DNA from: Thiorhodococcus drewsii AZ1
Lineage (GTDB): Bacteria > Pseudomonadota > Gammaproteobacteria > Chromatiales > Chromatiaceae
NCBI RefSeq assembly: GCF_000224065.1
Contig: NZ_AFWT01000003.1
Coordinates: 89,355 to 129,354, forward strand
Length of the DNA: 40,000 bases
Direction: 5' to 3'
In this document: positions 27,016 through 37,578 of the stretch, in pieces
Numbering within the stretch: the stretch's first letter is position 1
How the letters are laid out: each line of letters begins with the position of its first letter
The notes under the pieces: generated by a model
Databases searched by the model: none
What the model was told of the DNA's origin: nothing
The model's input: the letters and a program-made list of their open reading frames with translations, nothing else
Position numbers and translations under genes: made by a program

Positions 27016-27045
27016 TTGAAAACTTTCAAACAATGAAAGTATCTT
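27016..27045 (+). promoter_or_regulatory. Candidate sigma-70 promoter of abiEi with an overlapping palindromic operator
   Basis: The -35 TTGAAA (27016-27021) and -10 TATCTT (27040-27045) are separated by an 18-nt spacer. The palindrome TTGAAA-AC-TTTCAA (27016-27029) overlaps the -35. Only 7 nt separate the -10 from ATG 27053, which implies a leaderless or near-leaderless mRNA. Confidence 0.4.
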
Positions 27046-27052
27046 GCATTTC

Positions 27053-27703
27053 ATGGAAACACTGACTGAGTCGATCATTGCGGCGGGCTGGGCGGAGCGC
27101 ATCCTCACCGAGGGGCAGTTGGCGCGCCTGCTCGATGGCACCGCGCAGCGGCGTTACAACCTGGTCAATCGAGCCTTGCATCGTGGTGAGTTGGTGCGGC
27201 TACGGCGTGGACGCTATCGGTTGGCCGCTTCGGTATCGGGGAAGCTGGCGCATCCGTTCGTTGTGGCTCAGGCGTTGCGGTCGGGTTCTTATGTGTCCTT
27301 TGAATCGGCCTTAAGCTTTCATGGATGGATTCCGGAGGCGGTGCCCATGACGCTCTGCGTCGTTCCAGGTCGTCGGCGCGAGGAGTTCGAGGTTCCTCAG
27401 TTCCAGACCTTTCGGTTTTTGCCATTGGCGCTGAATCCGGGCTTCTTTCTCGAAGCGGTCGAGCGGGTTCAGCTCGATGAGCAGGTGGCTTTGGTGGCTC
27501 GTCCGCTGCGGGCCTTGCTGGATCGGCTGTGTCTGCTCAAGCGGGACTGGCCGGGATTGATGGAACTGGCGTGGGAGATGCGTATCGATCCGGATCTGAT
27601 GGCGTCGCTGCGGCGCGATGATTTGGAGGCGCTGCGTCCGCTATATCGACATGGCCGAATGCGGGCGGCGATTGAGGCCATGGAACGGGAGTTGGCGTCA
27701 TGA
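27053..27703 (+). CDS. abiEi: AbiEi-family antitoxin / transcriptional regulator (type IV toxin-antitoxin, abortive infection)
   Basis: The N-terminal winged-helix-like region (LTEGQLARLLDGTAQRRYNLVNRALHRGELVRLRRGRYRL) and overall size (~216 aa) are typical of AbiEi. Its stop overlaps the downstream nucleotidyltransferase start (ATGA). The track start at 27044 is TTG, so I use ATG 27053. Confidence 0.75.
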   Translation: METLTESIIAAGWAERILTEGQLARLLDGTAQRRYNLVNRALHRGELVRLRRGRYRLAASVSGKLAHPFVVAQALRSGSYVSFESALSFHGWIPEAVPMTLCVVPGRRREEFEVPQFQTFRFLPLALNPGFFLEAVERVQLDEQVALVARPLRALLDRLCLLKRDWPGLMELAWEMRIDPDLMASLRRDDLEALRPLYRHGRMRAAIEAMERELAS

Positions 27704-28557
27704 TCGATTTGCTGCGTCGGCGGCTCGAAAGCTATGCGGTGGCCGATGCGTGGCGCGAAGAGCAGGCGCTGAGGGAGATCCTGCAGGAAGTGGCCCTGTA
27801 CGGTTTGTGGCGCGCCGGCTTTTTCGAGGTGGCGGCCTTCCAGGGTGGAACCAGCCTGCGGCTATTTCATGGTCTGCGTCGCTTTTCGGAGGATCTGGAC
27901 TTCATTCTGATCGACGCCGATGCGGGTTTCGACTGGTCGCGTTATTTCGGGGTGTTGGTCGACGTGCTGGCCGAGTTCGGCGTGCATTGCGAACTGGTCG
28001 ACCGAGGTCGGATGGATCGCGCCGTCAGGCAGGCCATGCTCAAGGACGATTCCATCGCGCGTCAGCTCGATCTGTCCTTCTATCGCGGCGATACCGGCCG
28101 CAAGCTCAAGGTCAAGTTGGAGGTCGACACCTGTCCTCCGGCGGGCTCGGGGTTCGAATATTCTTATCTCGACTTTCCTCTCGACTTCGAGGTCTGCCTT
28201 CAGGATCCGCCAAGCAACTTCGCGTTGAAGATCCATGCCTTGCTCTGTCGGCCCTATCTCAAGGGGCGCGATTGGTTCGACTTCGCCTGGTATGTCGCTC
28301 GAGGCGTGAAGCCCAACCTATCGCATCTTGCGGCGGCCATCGATCAATCTGGTCCTTGGCGGGAGGCCGGTGTGAGGGTCGACGAGGCCTGGTTGGAGTC
28401 GTCCTTGATTGCGCGTATTCGAGCGATCGACTGGACCGTGGCGGCACAGGATGTGGAGCCGTTTCTGGCAGTGCCAGAGCAGGCTGGATTGAAGCTCTGG
28501 AGCGAGCGCTTTTTCACCGGCAAGGTTGCGAAGCTCGTCCTCTCTCTGGGGGCGTGA
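27700..28557 (+). CDS. abiEii: AbiEii/AbiGii-family nucleotidyltransferase toxin (DUF1814)
   Basis: 285-aa ORF. It has the nucleotidyltransferase-fold motif FQGGTSLRLFHGLRRFSEDLDF and the downstream KIHALLCRPYLKGRDWFD, both typical of the AbiEii family. Confidence 0.85.
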   Translation: MIDLLRRRLESYAVADAWREEQALREILQEVALYGLWRAGFFEVAAFQGGTSLRLFHGLRRFSEDLDFILIDADAGFDWSRYFGVLVDVLAEFGVHCELVDRGRMDRAVRQAMLKDDSIARQLDLSFYRGDTGRKLKVKLEVDTCPPAGSGFEYSYLDFPLDFEVCLQDPPSNFALKIHALLCRPYLKGRDWFDFAWYVARGVKPNLSHLAAAIDQSGPWREAGVRVDEAWLESSLIARIRAIDWTVAAQDVEPFLAVPEQAGLKLWSERFFTGKVAKLVLSLGA

Positions 28558-28804
28558 GTTTCTCGCGGATCGCTTTAGGTCGGCGCAGGCGTCGGTCTGC
28601 GTCCTCTGTGTCACCCCGGACACACCTGTCTCATACTGAAACTCCCTTTCCCCCATTGGCGGCGGGTTGGAACGCCGGCCGTGCGCTAAGTCGCTGTTAT
28701 TTCCTTGCTGTTAACAAGGTATAGATCATGCTTGATTTCGGTCTGTCGGGCGTCGCATGACGCGCGTTGGACGAGAAAAAACAACAAGGTTTCGTGGAGG
28801 ACAA

Positions 28805-31027
28805 ATGGACGAGCTGTTTGGTCGGAGCGGGAGGCTGGTGGCGATGGCGGCGGTCTTGTGGGGCGCTGGCGTTGCGCAGTCGGTGGCGGATTCGGCGGGG
28901 GTGACCGAGCTGGATGCAGTGGTGGTGACGGCGACGCGGGTGGAGGCGCGCAATTTCGATCTGCCGGTCTCGATCGATGCCCTGGAGTCCGATGTCATTC
29001 AGGACCAGACGGCTCGGGTTCTGGTTTCTGAGGTGTTGAAACGGGTGCCGGGAACCCTGGTGACCAATCGCGGCACCTTCGCTCAGGAGGAGCAGATCAT
29101 GATCCGCGGTTTCGGCGGTCGTTCGCAGTTCGGGACACGTGGCATCAAGCTGGTCGCGGACGGTATTCCGGCGAGCACGCCGGACGGGCAGGGCGGTCCG
29201 GGGCTGTTCGATTTGGGGTCGGCGGGAGACATCGAGGTGATGCGCGGTGGCTTCTCGGCGCTCTACGGCAATCACTCGGGCGGCGTGGTTCAGGTGTTCA
29301 CCGAGGATGGGCCGGTGGATCCGACCTTGTCGATGCGTCTGATGGCGGGCAGCGATGGCACCTGGATCGCGGGGAGCAAGTTTGGCGGACAGTTCGGCGA
29401 TCTCAACGGGGTGGTGGATGCCTATCACTCTGAGACTGACGGCTATCGCGACTGGAGCGCCTCGATCAAGGATCAGGTGAATGCCAAGTTGAAATACGCC
29501 CTGCCGAGCGGCGGCACGCTGAGTCTGATCGCCAATTCCATGAATCTGCCCAACAGTCGGGATCCGCTCGGGTTGACGGCCGAGCAGGTGCGCGAGGATC
29601 CGCGCCAGGCGTCCGAGGGTGCGCTGATCTACAAGACGCGCCGCACCCTGGACAACATGCAGGGCGGGGTGATCCTCGATCAGCCCGTGTCGGACGCGGA
29701 TCAATTGCGGGTGATGGCCTATTCCGGCACGCGTTCCAACGAGCAGTTCCTCGCCGTGCCGCTGTTCAGTCAGAACGCCATCACCTCTGCCGGTGGGGTG
29801 AGCACCTACGATCGGCATTTCGGCGGGGCGAGCCTGTGGTGGAGTCACGAATCCAGCTTGGCCGAGGGTCCTCTGACCCTGACCCTGGGTGGTGATTACG
29901 ATCGCTCAACCGACGATCGCGAAGGGTATATCAACGAGTACGGCACGCGTGGCGCGCTCAAGCGCAACGAGGACAACAGCGTCGACAGTTGGGGCGGATT
30001 CGTGCAGGGAAGCTGGGCCTTTGCCCCGCGCTGGAGTCTGGATGTCGGTCTGCGTCGCACCCAGGTGCGTTTCGATTCGGACGACCATTTCATCTGCACC
30101 ACCGAGCAGGTCACGGCGCCCGGAACCTCGGCGGGGACCTGCAGCGGCTCGACCGTCGCCATCTCGGAGAGCAGCTACAACCCGGACAACAGCGGCAGCA
30201 AGACCTACAGTGCCTGGACGCCGGCCTTCGGTCTGCTGTTCGGTCTGACCCCGGACATCAATCTGTACGCCAACGTCGGCAAGACCTTCGAGACCCCGAC
30301 CTTCACCGAGTTGGCCTATCGCCCGGATGGCGGCTCTGGTTTGAACCTGGATCTGGAGCCTGCGATCAGCTGGCATTACGAGTTGGGTGCCAAGTTCCTG
30401 CTGGGGGATCGGACACGGTTGAATCTGGCGCTGTTCCAGATCGACACCGACAACGAGATCACGGTCGCCACCAATCGCGGTGGGCGCTCCACCTATCAGA
30501 ACGTACCGGGCTCGCGTCGCCGAGGGGCGGAGCTGATGCTGGCGAGCGAGTTCGATCACGGCTTTGCCGGACATCTGGCGGCGACCTATATCGATAGCGT
30601 CTTTACCGACAGCTTCGTTGGCTGTGCCGGCATTCCGTGCCGCACCACCGGTTCGACGCTCAATGCGGCGACCGTCGACTCGGGGAACCAGGTTCCGGGC
30701 GTGCCGGAGTTCAGCGTCTTCGGGGAGCTGAGCTATGCCTACGCGCCCTGGGGATTCGAGGGCGGGGTCAGCGTCTATGGCCAGGACGCGGTCTATGTGA
30801 ACGATCGCAACACCGAGACGGCGGCCGGGTACTGGTTGCTGAATCTGCGTGGTGGGTTCACCCAGCGGATGGGCGGGCTGGAGCTTTCGGAGTTCGTGCG
30901 CGTCGACAATGTGCTGGATCGGGACTACATCTCAGGGGTGCGCGCGAACGATGCCAATGGGCGCTATTACGCGCCGGGCGCGGGCGCGACCTATCTGGTC
31001 GGTCTGACGGCGAGCTACGCCTTCTGA
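28805..31027 (+). CDS. TonB-dependent outer-membrane receptor
   Basis: I prefer ATG 28805 (GGAGGA 3-5 nt upstream), which gives the signal peptide MDELFGRSGRLVAMAAVLWGAGVAQSVA. It has a TonB box/plug (LDAVVVTATR, IEVMRGGFSALYGN) and a beta-barrel ending in the terminal aromatic ...LTASYAF. The substrate cannot be determined from the sequence. Confidence 0.88.
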   Translation: MDELFGRSGRLVAMAAVLWGAGVAQSVADSAGVTELDAVVVTATRVEARNFDLPVSIDALESDVIQDQTARVLVSEVLKRVPGTLVTNRGTFAQEEQIMIRGFGGRSQFGTRGIKLVADGIPASTPDGQGGPGLFDLGSAGDIEVMRGGFSALYGNHSGGVVQVFTEDGPVDPTLSMRLMAGSDGTWIAGSKFGGQFGDLNGVVDAYHSETDGYRDWSASIKDQVNAKLKYALPSGGTLSLIANSMNLPNSRDPLGLTAEQVREDPRQASEGALIYKTRRTLDNMQGGVILDQPVSDADQLRVMAYSGTRSNEQFLAVPLFSQNAITSAGGVSTYDRHFGGASLWWSHESSLAEGPLTLTLGGDYDRSTDDREGYINEYGTRGALKRNEDNSVDSWGGFVQGSWAFAPRWSLDVGLRRTQVRFDSDDHFICTTEQVTAPGTSAGTCSGSTVAISESSYNPDNSGSKTYSAWTPAFGLLFGLTPDINLYANVGKTFETPTFTELAYRPDGGSGLNLDLEPAISWHYELGAKFLLGDRTRLNLALFQIDTDNEITVATNRGGRSTYQNVPGSRRRGAELMLASEFDHGFAGHLAATYIDSVFTDSFVGCAGIPCRTTGSTLNAATVDSGNQVPGVPEFSVFGELSYAYAPWGFEGGVSVYGQDAVYVNDRNTETAAGYWLLNLRGGFTQRMGGLELSEFVRVDNVLDRDYISGVRANDANGRYYAPGAGATYLVGLTASYAF

Positions 31028-31044
31028 GACAGCGACCGAGGCGG

Positions 31045-31431
31045 TTAGGCGTCGCCGCCGTGCTCGACCGGGGCGACGCCGGCCGATTCCTCGTCGGTGA
31101 AGAGTCGGGAGCGGGTGAGGAAGCGGACACCTTCCGGTCCTTCGAGCGAGAACATCCCGCCCCGACCGGGAACCACGTCGATGATGAGCTGGGTGTGCTG
31201 CCAGTATTCGAACTGGGATTCGCTCATCCAGAAGGGGCAGCCGCCGATCTCTCCGAGCTTGACGTCGCTGGCGCCGGTGCGGAAATCGCCAGCCGGCCAG
31301 CACATGGGTGCGCTGCCATCGCAGCAGCCGCCAGACTGGTGGAACATGAGTTCGCCGTGCATTTCCTTGAGCCGTTCGATGAGTTCGAGTGTCGCCTCGG
31401 TGGCGACGACGCGCGGTGTCGGGTCGGGCAT
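31045..31431 (-). CDS. DUF779-family protein (typical partner of acetaldehyde-type aldehyde dehydrogenases)
   Basis: 128-aa ORF with the string FHQSGGCCDGS.PMC...G.DV.LG.I.G..F.....Q.EYW, characteristic of DUF779. It lies downstream of an ALDH, as in many proteobacteria. Confidence 0.8.
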   Translation of the reverse strand: MPDPTPRVVATEATLELIERLKEMHGELMFHQSGGCCDGSAPMCWPAGDFRTGASDVKLGEIGGCPFWMSESQFEYWQHTQLIIDVVPGRGGMFSLEGPEGVRFLTRSRLFTDEESAGVAPVEHGGDA

Positions 31432-31564
31432 ATCGGTTGCTCCAGCAGTGGCTTTTGGGTGCTAAGTTGCTGCCGCTGCTTGGCTTTTGAAACGGCGTAA
31501 CAGCCGATTTCCGATCCTTGCGCGATAGCGTCAGCGCTTCGTCCGCATGGGGCTTGGTGCCATC

Positions 31565-31615
31565 TCCGGGTTTCGCGGCGCTGCATCCAGGCTACGGGAT
31601 GTAGCCCGGGTGCAG
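31565..31615. repeat. REP-like element, copy C (core GGGTTTCGCGGCGCTGCATCC plus a 15-bp inverted pair CTGCATCCAGGCTAC / GTAGCCCGGGTGCAG)
   Basis: Read directly from the sequence. It lies in the 208-nt gap between the aldehyde dehydrogenase stop (31640) and the DUF779 start (31431). Confidence 0.65.
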
Positions 31616-31639
31616 CAGATCGGAATCCGGTTCTGCGAC

Positions 31640-33160
<1,521 letters not shown>

Positions 33161-33224
33161 CTCTGTCTCTCCTGGGCTGTTCTTATTGCCATCTGGCTGT
33201 TTGTCGTGTTCGGTTGTTCACGTC

Positions 33225-33240
33225 AGCAATTGGAGTGCCA
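33225..33240 (-). promoter_or_regulatory. Sigma-54 (-24/-12) promoter of the aldehyde dehydrogenase-DUF779 unit
   Basis: The minus strand reads TGGCAC-TCCAA-TTGCT, a full match to the TGGCAC-N5-TTGC(A/T) consensus. It lies about 65 nt upstream of ATG 33160, which is preceded by the SD AGGAGAG. An imperfect palindrome GTTGC...GCAAC (33266-33298) further upstream is a possible activator site. Confidence 0.8.
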
Positions 33241-33361
33241 GAGCACTGAGCCTGGAGCGGCTGAGGTTGCCATGCCTTGGCTGCGCCAGGCTCGCAACAG
33301 AGTGTCACCAGAGGATTGTTACTTCCTGCGTCGTTCGGGGCTGAGGCGAGATTCGATCGTT

Positions 33362-34030
33362 CTATAAGGCTGCGCGGATCTCGGTCAGGCGTTCGGGCAC
33401 CAGTCGTTCGGCCCGCTGACCGGACGTGCACAGCGCGCCTCGGAAGCCGAGGTAGCTGGGGGCGAGCGGCAGGAGGTGCGCGATGTCTTCCTGACGCAGG
33501 GATCCGGCGAGTCCGCTCATGAGGTCGAGCTGCTTGGCGCGGTCGACGAAGCGCCGCAGGGAATCGGTGTCGAGATGGTCGAGCAGTCGTCCGCGCGACT
33601 TGTCGGCGGTGTCGAGCATGACGCCGGCGCATCCGGCCTCGGCGAAGCGGGCTGGATCGGTCTCGGCGGTCGGGCGATCGGCGAAGAGCACGGCGACGAT
33701 CGCGATCTTGGCGCTGAGATCGGCGACGACCGGGAGACAGGCATCGAGGTGGGCCTCGGAGAAGAAGCCGATCTTGACGAGGTCGACTCCGGTTGCAGCC
33801 GTGGTCCGAATGGCCGACTCGGTGGCGCGGGCGTCGGGCGGCAGATCGCCGATGGTGGCGCTGACCGGGCGGCGTTCTCCGACCTGGGCCAGGATGTGCC
33901 GGATCTCCGTCAGGTTCAGCGCCCCGAGCGCACCCCGAGCGGGATCCTTCAGATCGATCAGGTCCGCGCCGCCTTGGATCGCCAGTTCGGCCTCCTCGGC
34001 ATCGGTGACGCTCGCCAGCAGGCGGGTCAT
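33362..34030 (-). CDS. mfnB: (5-formylfuran-3-yl)methyl phosphate synthase (methanofuran biosynthesis, DUF556/MfnB family)
   Basis: Start ATG 34030 (MTRLLASVTDAEEAELAIQGGADLIDLKDPARGALGAL) forms an ATGA overlap with the upstream stop. It matches the MfnB pattern (...GADIIDVKNP..GSLGA..., KVG, MLDTA.K, LAGS, G.RGA.C). Confidence 0.85.
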   Translation of the reverse strand: MTRLLASVTDAEEAELAIQGGADLIDLKDPARGALGALNLTEIRHILAQVGERRPVSATIGDLPPDARATESAIRTTAATGVDLVKIGFFSEAHLDACLPVVADLSAKIAIVAVLFADRPTAETDPARFAEAGCAGVMLDTADKSRGRLLDHLDTDSLRRFVDRAKQLDLMSGLAGSLRQEDIAHLLPLAPSYLGFRGALCTSGQRAERLVPERLTEIRAAL

Positions 34031-34596
34031 GTCCCCGCTTCCATGAGGGCCTTGCGCTTGGTGACATGGTCCATCAGCCAGTTCCATGCCTCCTGCTCGC
34101 GCGGACCGGCGGTCTTCTCGACGGCCGTGAGCAGATAGGCCATCTCCTCCACCACCTTCTGGAACGGCAGTCGTTCCAGCCGACTGACCAGGATGGCAAG
34201 CTCCAGCACGGCCGACTGGGCGCGGTTGAATCCCTGGAAGGGACGGTGCGTCTCTTCGTGCAGGACGCGACAGAGCAGACGCGGTCGAATCTCGTCCTCT
34301 TCCAGGTCGAGCAGTTCAAGTTCGGTGTGGGCCAAGGCGTCACGCAGACGGGGGACGTCGATACGGGTGCTGTCCATGAGCGGCCAATCGCGCCGCCCGG
34401 TCAGGCAGCCGGCGAACACGCGCACGTCGTCGGTGTAATTGACGGTGGCGTGCCGGGTCTGGAGCAGGTTTTCCAGTGTTCTGGACGGTCGAAAGGGCGA
34501 GATCACGAGGAAATCCTCGCGGCGGCGAATGCCCATCGGGGCGATGTGCGTTTCGCCCAACGGGTCGATTGTCGTGACGATGACTTCTTGAATCAC
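34027..34596 (-). CDS. DUF447 (orfY-type) FMN-binding split-barrel-like protein of the H4MPT island
   Basis: 189-aa ORF beginning MIQEVIVTTIDPLGETHIAPMGI.... Its size and N-terminal pattern fit the DUF447 family found in methanogens and methylotroph C1 islands. Confidence 0.7.
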   Translation of the reverse strand: MIQEVIVTTIDPLGETHIAPMGIRRREDFLVISPFRPSRTLENLLQTRHATVNYTDDVRVFAGCLTGRRDWPLMDSTRIDVPRLRDALAHTELELLDLEEDEIRPRLLCRVLHEETHRPFQGFNRAQSAVLELAILVSRLERLPFQKVVEEMAYLLTAVEKTAGPREQEAWNWLMDHVTKRKALMEAGT

Positions 34597-34669
34597 GGGC
34601 GTTTAACTCTCGCTGAAGGTTGGTCCGGGTGCTCGATGGTCTCGGGACGCGTGTGTCTGGGGAATCGGC

Positions 34670-35206
34670 TCAGTCTGGCGGCGATTCCAGTGCGCTCTTG
34701 AGCTGCGCGAAGCTGTCGACGACCTGGGTGTACTCGAAGGTTCGCAGACGTTCGACGTTTTCGAGGTCGATGCGGCGCGGGTAGACCATCACCTGGCCGC
34801 TCGGTGCCTCGGTCTCCATCGCGGGTGCCGTGTCGCAGGCGAAGATGAGGCTTGGGATGCGGCACTTGCCGGCCTGGGCATAGATGTTGGTCACCAGCGA
34901 GTCCGAGATGCCGCACACCATCTTGGCCACGCTGTTGGAGGTGGCGGGGGCCACCACCAGCCGCGAGTAATGTCCCTTGTAGAAGAGACCGACCGGCGAG
35001 GCGCTGGCCGTGGTGTCGCGAAAGCAGGTCATACGTTCGCGCAGCGCCTTGAGGTCATGGCCGTACATGGCCATGACCTCGGCCCCAGCTCGGCTGAGGA
35101 AGAGATCGACATCGTCGCGTTGCGCCAGCAGTTCGAGACATTCGTTCAGGTAATGCCCCGAGCCGGTGATGGCCCAGGCCAGGCGGGGCGTCTCGGGCGG
35201 CGTCAT
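34670..35206 (-). CDS. AfpA/DmrB-like flavoprotein (HFCD-fold; candidate dihydromethanopterin reductase)
   Basis: 178-aa ORF. It has the flavin-binding strings LAWAITGSGH and VVAPATSNSVAKMVCGISDSLVTN, typical of the AfpA/Dfp-like fold. The functional name is inferred from context. Confidence 0.7.
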   Translation of the reverse strand: MTPPETPRLAWAITGSGHYLNECLELLAQRDDVDLFLSRAGAEVMAMYGHDLKALRERMTCFRDTTASASPVGLFYKGHYSRLVVAPATSNSVAKMVCGISDSLVTNIYAQAGKCRIPSLIFACDTAPAMETEAPSGQVMVYPRRIDLENVERLRTFEYTQVVDSFAQLKSALESPPD

Positions 35207-35218
35207 GGCGCTCGCCTC

Positions 35219-37183
35219 TCAACGCGCCGGATTGATTCCATAGCGTTTCATCCGTCGGTAGAGGGTGTTGCGGCTGAGTCCCAGGTTTTTGGCGACCAGG
35301 CTGACGTTCCAATGGGCGCCTTCCAGGACCTTCAGCAGTGCATCGCGCTCGGCGACTGCCAGAGCGTTGAACTCGGGTGCCGGGATGTCGTCTTGGGCCG
35401 ATTCGTGCGCCGGGTGACGAATCTCGTCGGGCAGGTCGCGCATTCGCACGTAATGGTCTTCGCAGAGCGCGGTGATTGCGCGCAGCACGTTGCGCAACTG
35501 GCGCAGATTGCCCGGCCACTGATAGGCGACCATCTGTTCCAGGGCTGCTGGCTCCCAGTCGAGTCTAACATTCTCGCCAGCCTCTTCCTGGGCGATTCGG
35601 CGGATGAGTTCGCGTCGGTCGGCGCGGTCGCGCAGGGCTGGGATCTGAATGGAAATGCCGTGGATGCGGTAGTAGAGATCCTCGCGGAATTTGCCCTCGG
35701 CGATGAGGCTGCGCACGTCGCGATGGGTCGCGCTGATGAGCTGAATGGAGACCGGAATCGGCTTGTCACCGCCGAGCGGCACGACGGTACGGTCTTCCAG
35801 TACGCGCAGCAGACGGGCCTGAAGATGAATCGGCATGTCGCCGATCTCGTCGAGGAAGAGCGTGCCGCCATCGGCTTGGAGGATCTTGCCCCGGTTGCCG
35901 TCGCGGCTCGCCCCGGTGAAGGCGCCTGCCTTGTAGCCGAACAGCTCGCTTTCGATCAGCGACTCGGGCAGCGAGGCGCAGTTGAGGGCGACGAATGGCT
36001 TGTCGCGGCGTTCGCTGGATTGGTGCATGGCGCGGGAGAAGACGTCTTTGCCGACGCCGGTCTCGCCGAACAGCATGCAGGGGATGTCGCGGTCGAGAAC
36101 CTTGCGGATGGTTTCGATGTTGCGCTTCATCCGTGGGTCGCCGAAGTGCAGCGCGTCGAAGGGGTCGTAGCGCGAGGGACAGGCATCGGTGCGGAGGTTG
36201 GAGGCCGCCCGTCGCTGGATCGGTGCCGGCGTTGGCGCGGAGGTCGTTTCGGGGGGTTGGACCTTGGCGAAGAAGCGGCGCTCCGAGTGGGTTTCGATGA
36301 TGGGGAAGGCCGGGCAGCTCTGGGAATGGGCGCGCTTGAGCAGCATGGGCAGCGAGATGGTGAAGAGATCCTGGATTTCCCGACCGACGATCTGTTGCGG
36401 TGATTCGAGCCCCATCTGGAACATGGCGCTGCGGTTGGCGGCCAGGACGCGACCCTCCGGGGTGAAGGCGATGAGCCCTTCGCCGAGCGTGCCGATGAAT
36501 TCGGCCCGGCTGTGACATCGGAAGACGTAGGTCTCCTTCAAGGCGCAGAAGAAGACCCGGTTCTCGATCATCTGCGCCGACATGTTGAGCAGCACCATGG
36601 TGTGCTTCTGGGCCAGCTTGGCCTCGCTTGAGGCATCCAGGATCGCCAGTACGTTGCCGTGCGGATCGAAAATGGGCGCCGCAGCGCAGGTCAGGTTGGC
36701 GTTGCGCTCCAGATAGTGTGCGCCTTTGTGGACCACCAGCGCCTTCTTCTCCATCACGCAGGTGCCGATGCCGTTGGTGCCCTGGGTCCGTTCGTCCCAC
36801 ACCGCACCCGTTTGCAGGCAGACGTTGGCGGCGGTATCGGTGAACATGGGGTCACCGATGTAGTTGAGCAGCACGCCCTCATTGTCGGTGAGAATGATGG
36901 CGTGTCCCGAGCCGGCGAGCTGTTGGTAGAGGCTGGTCATCTCGTGGCGGGCGATCTCCAACAGATGACAGGCCCGTTCCTGGCGCTCGCGCAGATCGCC
37001 TCGGGGGATGATCACCGGATCTGGAGCATCGATTGGATCGAGCCCGTATCCCGTGTAACAACGGTGCCATGAGGCGACCGTGATCTCGTCGAACTGCGAG
37101 CAGACCATTTCGTCGCCAGCGATTGCGGCCTTAACCAAGTCCGCATGCTCAGACCCGCTGAGCCGCATGATTGCTTCACCCAC
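35219..37183 (-). CDS. Sigma-54-dependent transcriptional activator, AcoR type (N-terminal GAF-like sensor, AAA+ core, Fis-type HTH)
   Basis: 654-aa ORF with a GTG start at 37183, preceded by AGGAGGAGAGGA. It has Walker A GETGVGKD, the GAFTGA loop (GYKAGAFTGAS), WPGNLRQL and the C-terminal HTH GLSRNTLYRRMKRYGI. The N-terminal VASWHRC... region is typical of AcoR-like regulators. Confidence 0.9.
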   Translation of the reverse strand: MGEAIMRLSGSEHADLVKAAIAGDEMVCSQFDEITVASWHRCYTGYGLDPIDAPDPVIIPRGDLRERQERACHLLEIARHEMTSLYQQLAGSGHAIILTDNEGVLLNYIGDPMFTDTAANVCLQTGAVWDERTQGTNGIGTCVMEKKALVVHKGAHYLERNANLTCAAAPIFDPHGNVLAILDASSEAKLAQKHTMVLLNMSAQMIENRVFFCALKETYVFRCHSRAEFIGTLGEGLIAFTPEGRVLAANRSAMFQMGLESPQQIVGREIQDLFTISLPMLLKRAHSQSCPAFPIIETHSERRFFAKVQPPETTSAPTPAPIQRRAASNLRTDACPSRYDPFDALHFGDPRMKRNIETIRKVLDRDIPCMLFGETGVGKDVFSRAMHQSSERRDKPFVALNCASLPESLIESELFGYKAGAFTGASRDGNRGKILQADGGTLFLDEIGDMPIHLQARLLRVLEDRTVVPLGGDKPIPVSIQLISATHRDVRSLIAEGKFREDLYYRIHGISIQIPALRDRADRRELIRRIAQEEAGENVRLDWEPAALEQMVAYQWPGNLRQLRNVLRAITALCEDHYVRMRDLPDEIRHPAHESAQDDIPAPEFNALAVAERDALLKVLEGAHWNVSLVAKNLGLSRNTLYRRMKRYGINPAR

Positions 37184-37578
37184 GTTCCTCTCCTCCTCAT
37201 TTTAGTGACGGCCCGCGTTGCACGGGTCCGTTCGGATTCCCCCATTCTGTAAAGCGAGGGGAATTCATCGATCTATTCTGCGGCGCCTTTTGCCGGACGA
37301 TTGCGCGTCCGGTTCGATTGCGACGGTCTTTTCGGCGTGCGCCGGGCCGTCTTGGATATCCATATCATGGGGACGCATGAGCCTTGCGAGTGCGCCCTGT
37401 GTCCTTGAGTTGGGAGCGTGCGTTCCCGATTCCTAATTAATTGCGATGTATCAGGAGCATAAACTAGCAGGATATTCGAGAAAACTCGCACCGGAGATCG
37501 GGCCGCCGGGCGGTTGCCTGTTACTGCTGGGTACGCGCGTGGAGGATTTTGGCCTTCGGAGCGAGATCAGCGGACCTT

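Noticed and set aside
26471-27019. Track ORFs 26471..27019 (182 aa) and 26568..26873 (101 aa)
   Set aside because: They span the CRISPR repeats. The recurrent IPAGAGNG peptide is just the translated repeat.
28558-28804. Possible riboswitch or Fur box upstream of the TonB-dependent receptor
   Set aside because: I found no B12-box (GCCACTG) or other riboswitch core. The best Fur-like stretch (GTATAGATCATGCTTGATT) matches the 19-bp consensus poorly. Only a short palindrome (TGTTAACA) is present.
28697-29848. 383-aa minus-strand ORF
   Set aside because: It is antisense to the TonB-dependent receptor, whose plug and barrel motifs are clear on the plus strand.
34970-36403. 477-aa plus-strand ORF, and 35766..36800 minus-strand (344 aa)
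   Set aside because: They are antisense to, or out of frame with, the sigma-54 activator. The AAA+ motifs are present only in the 35219..37183 frame.
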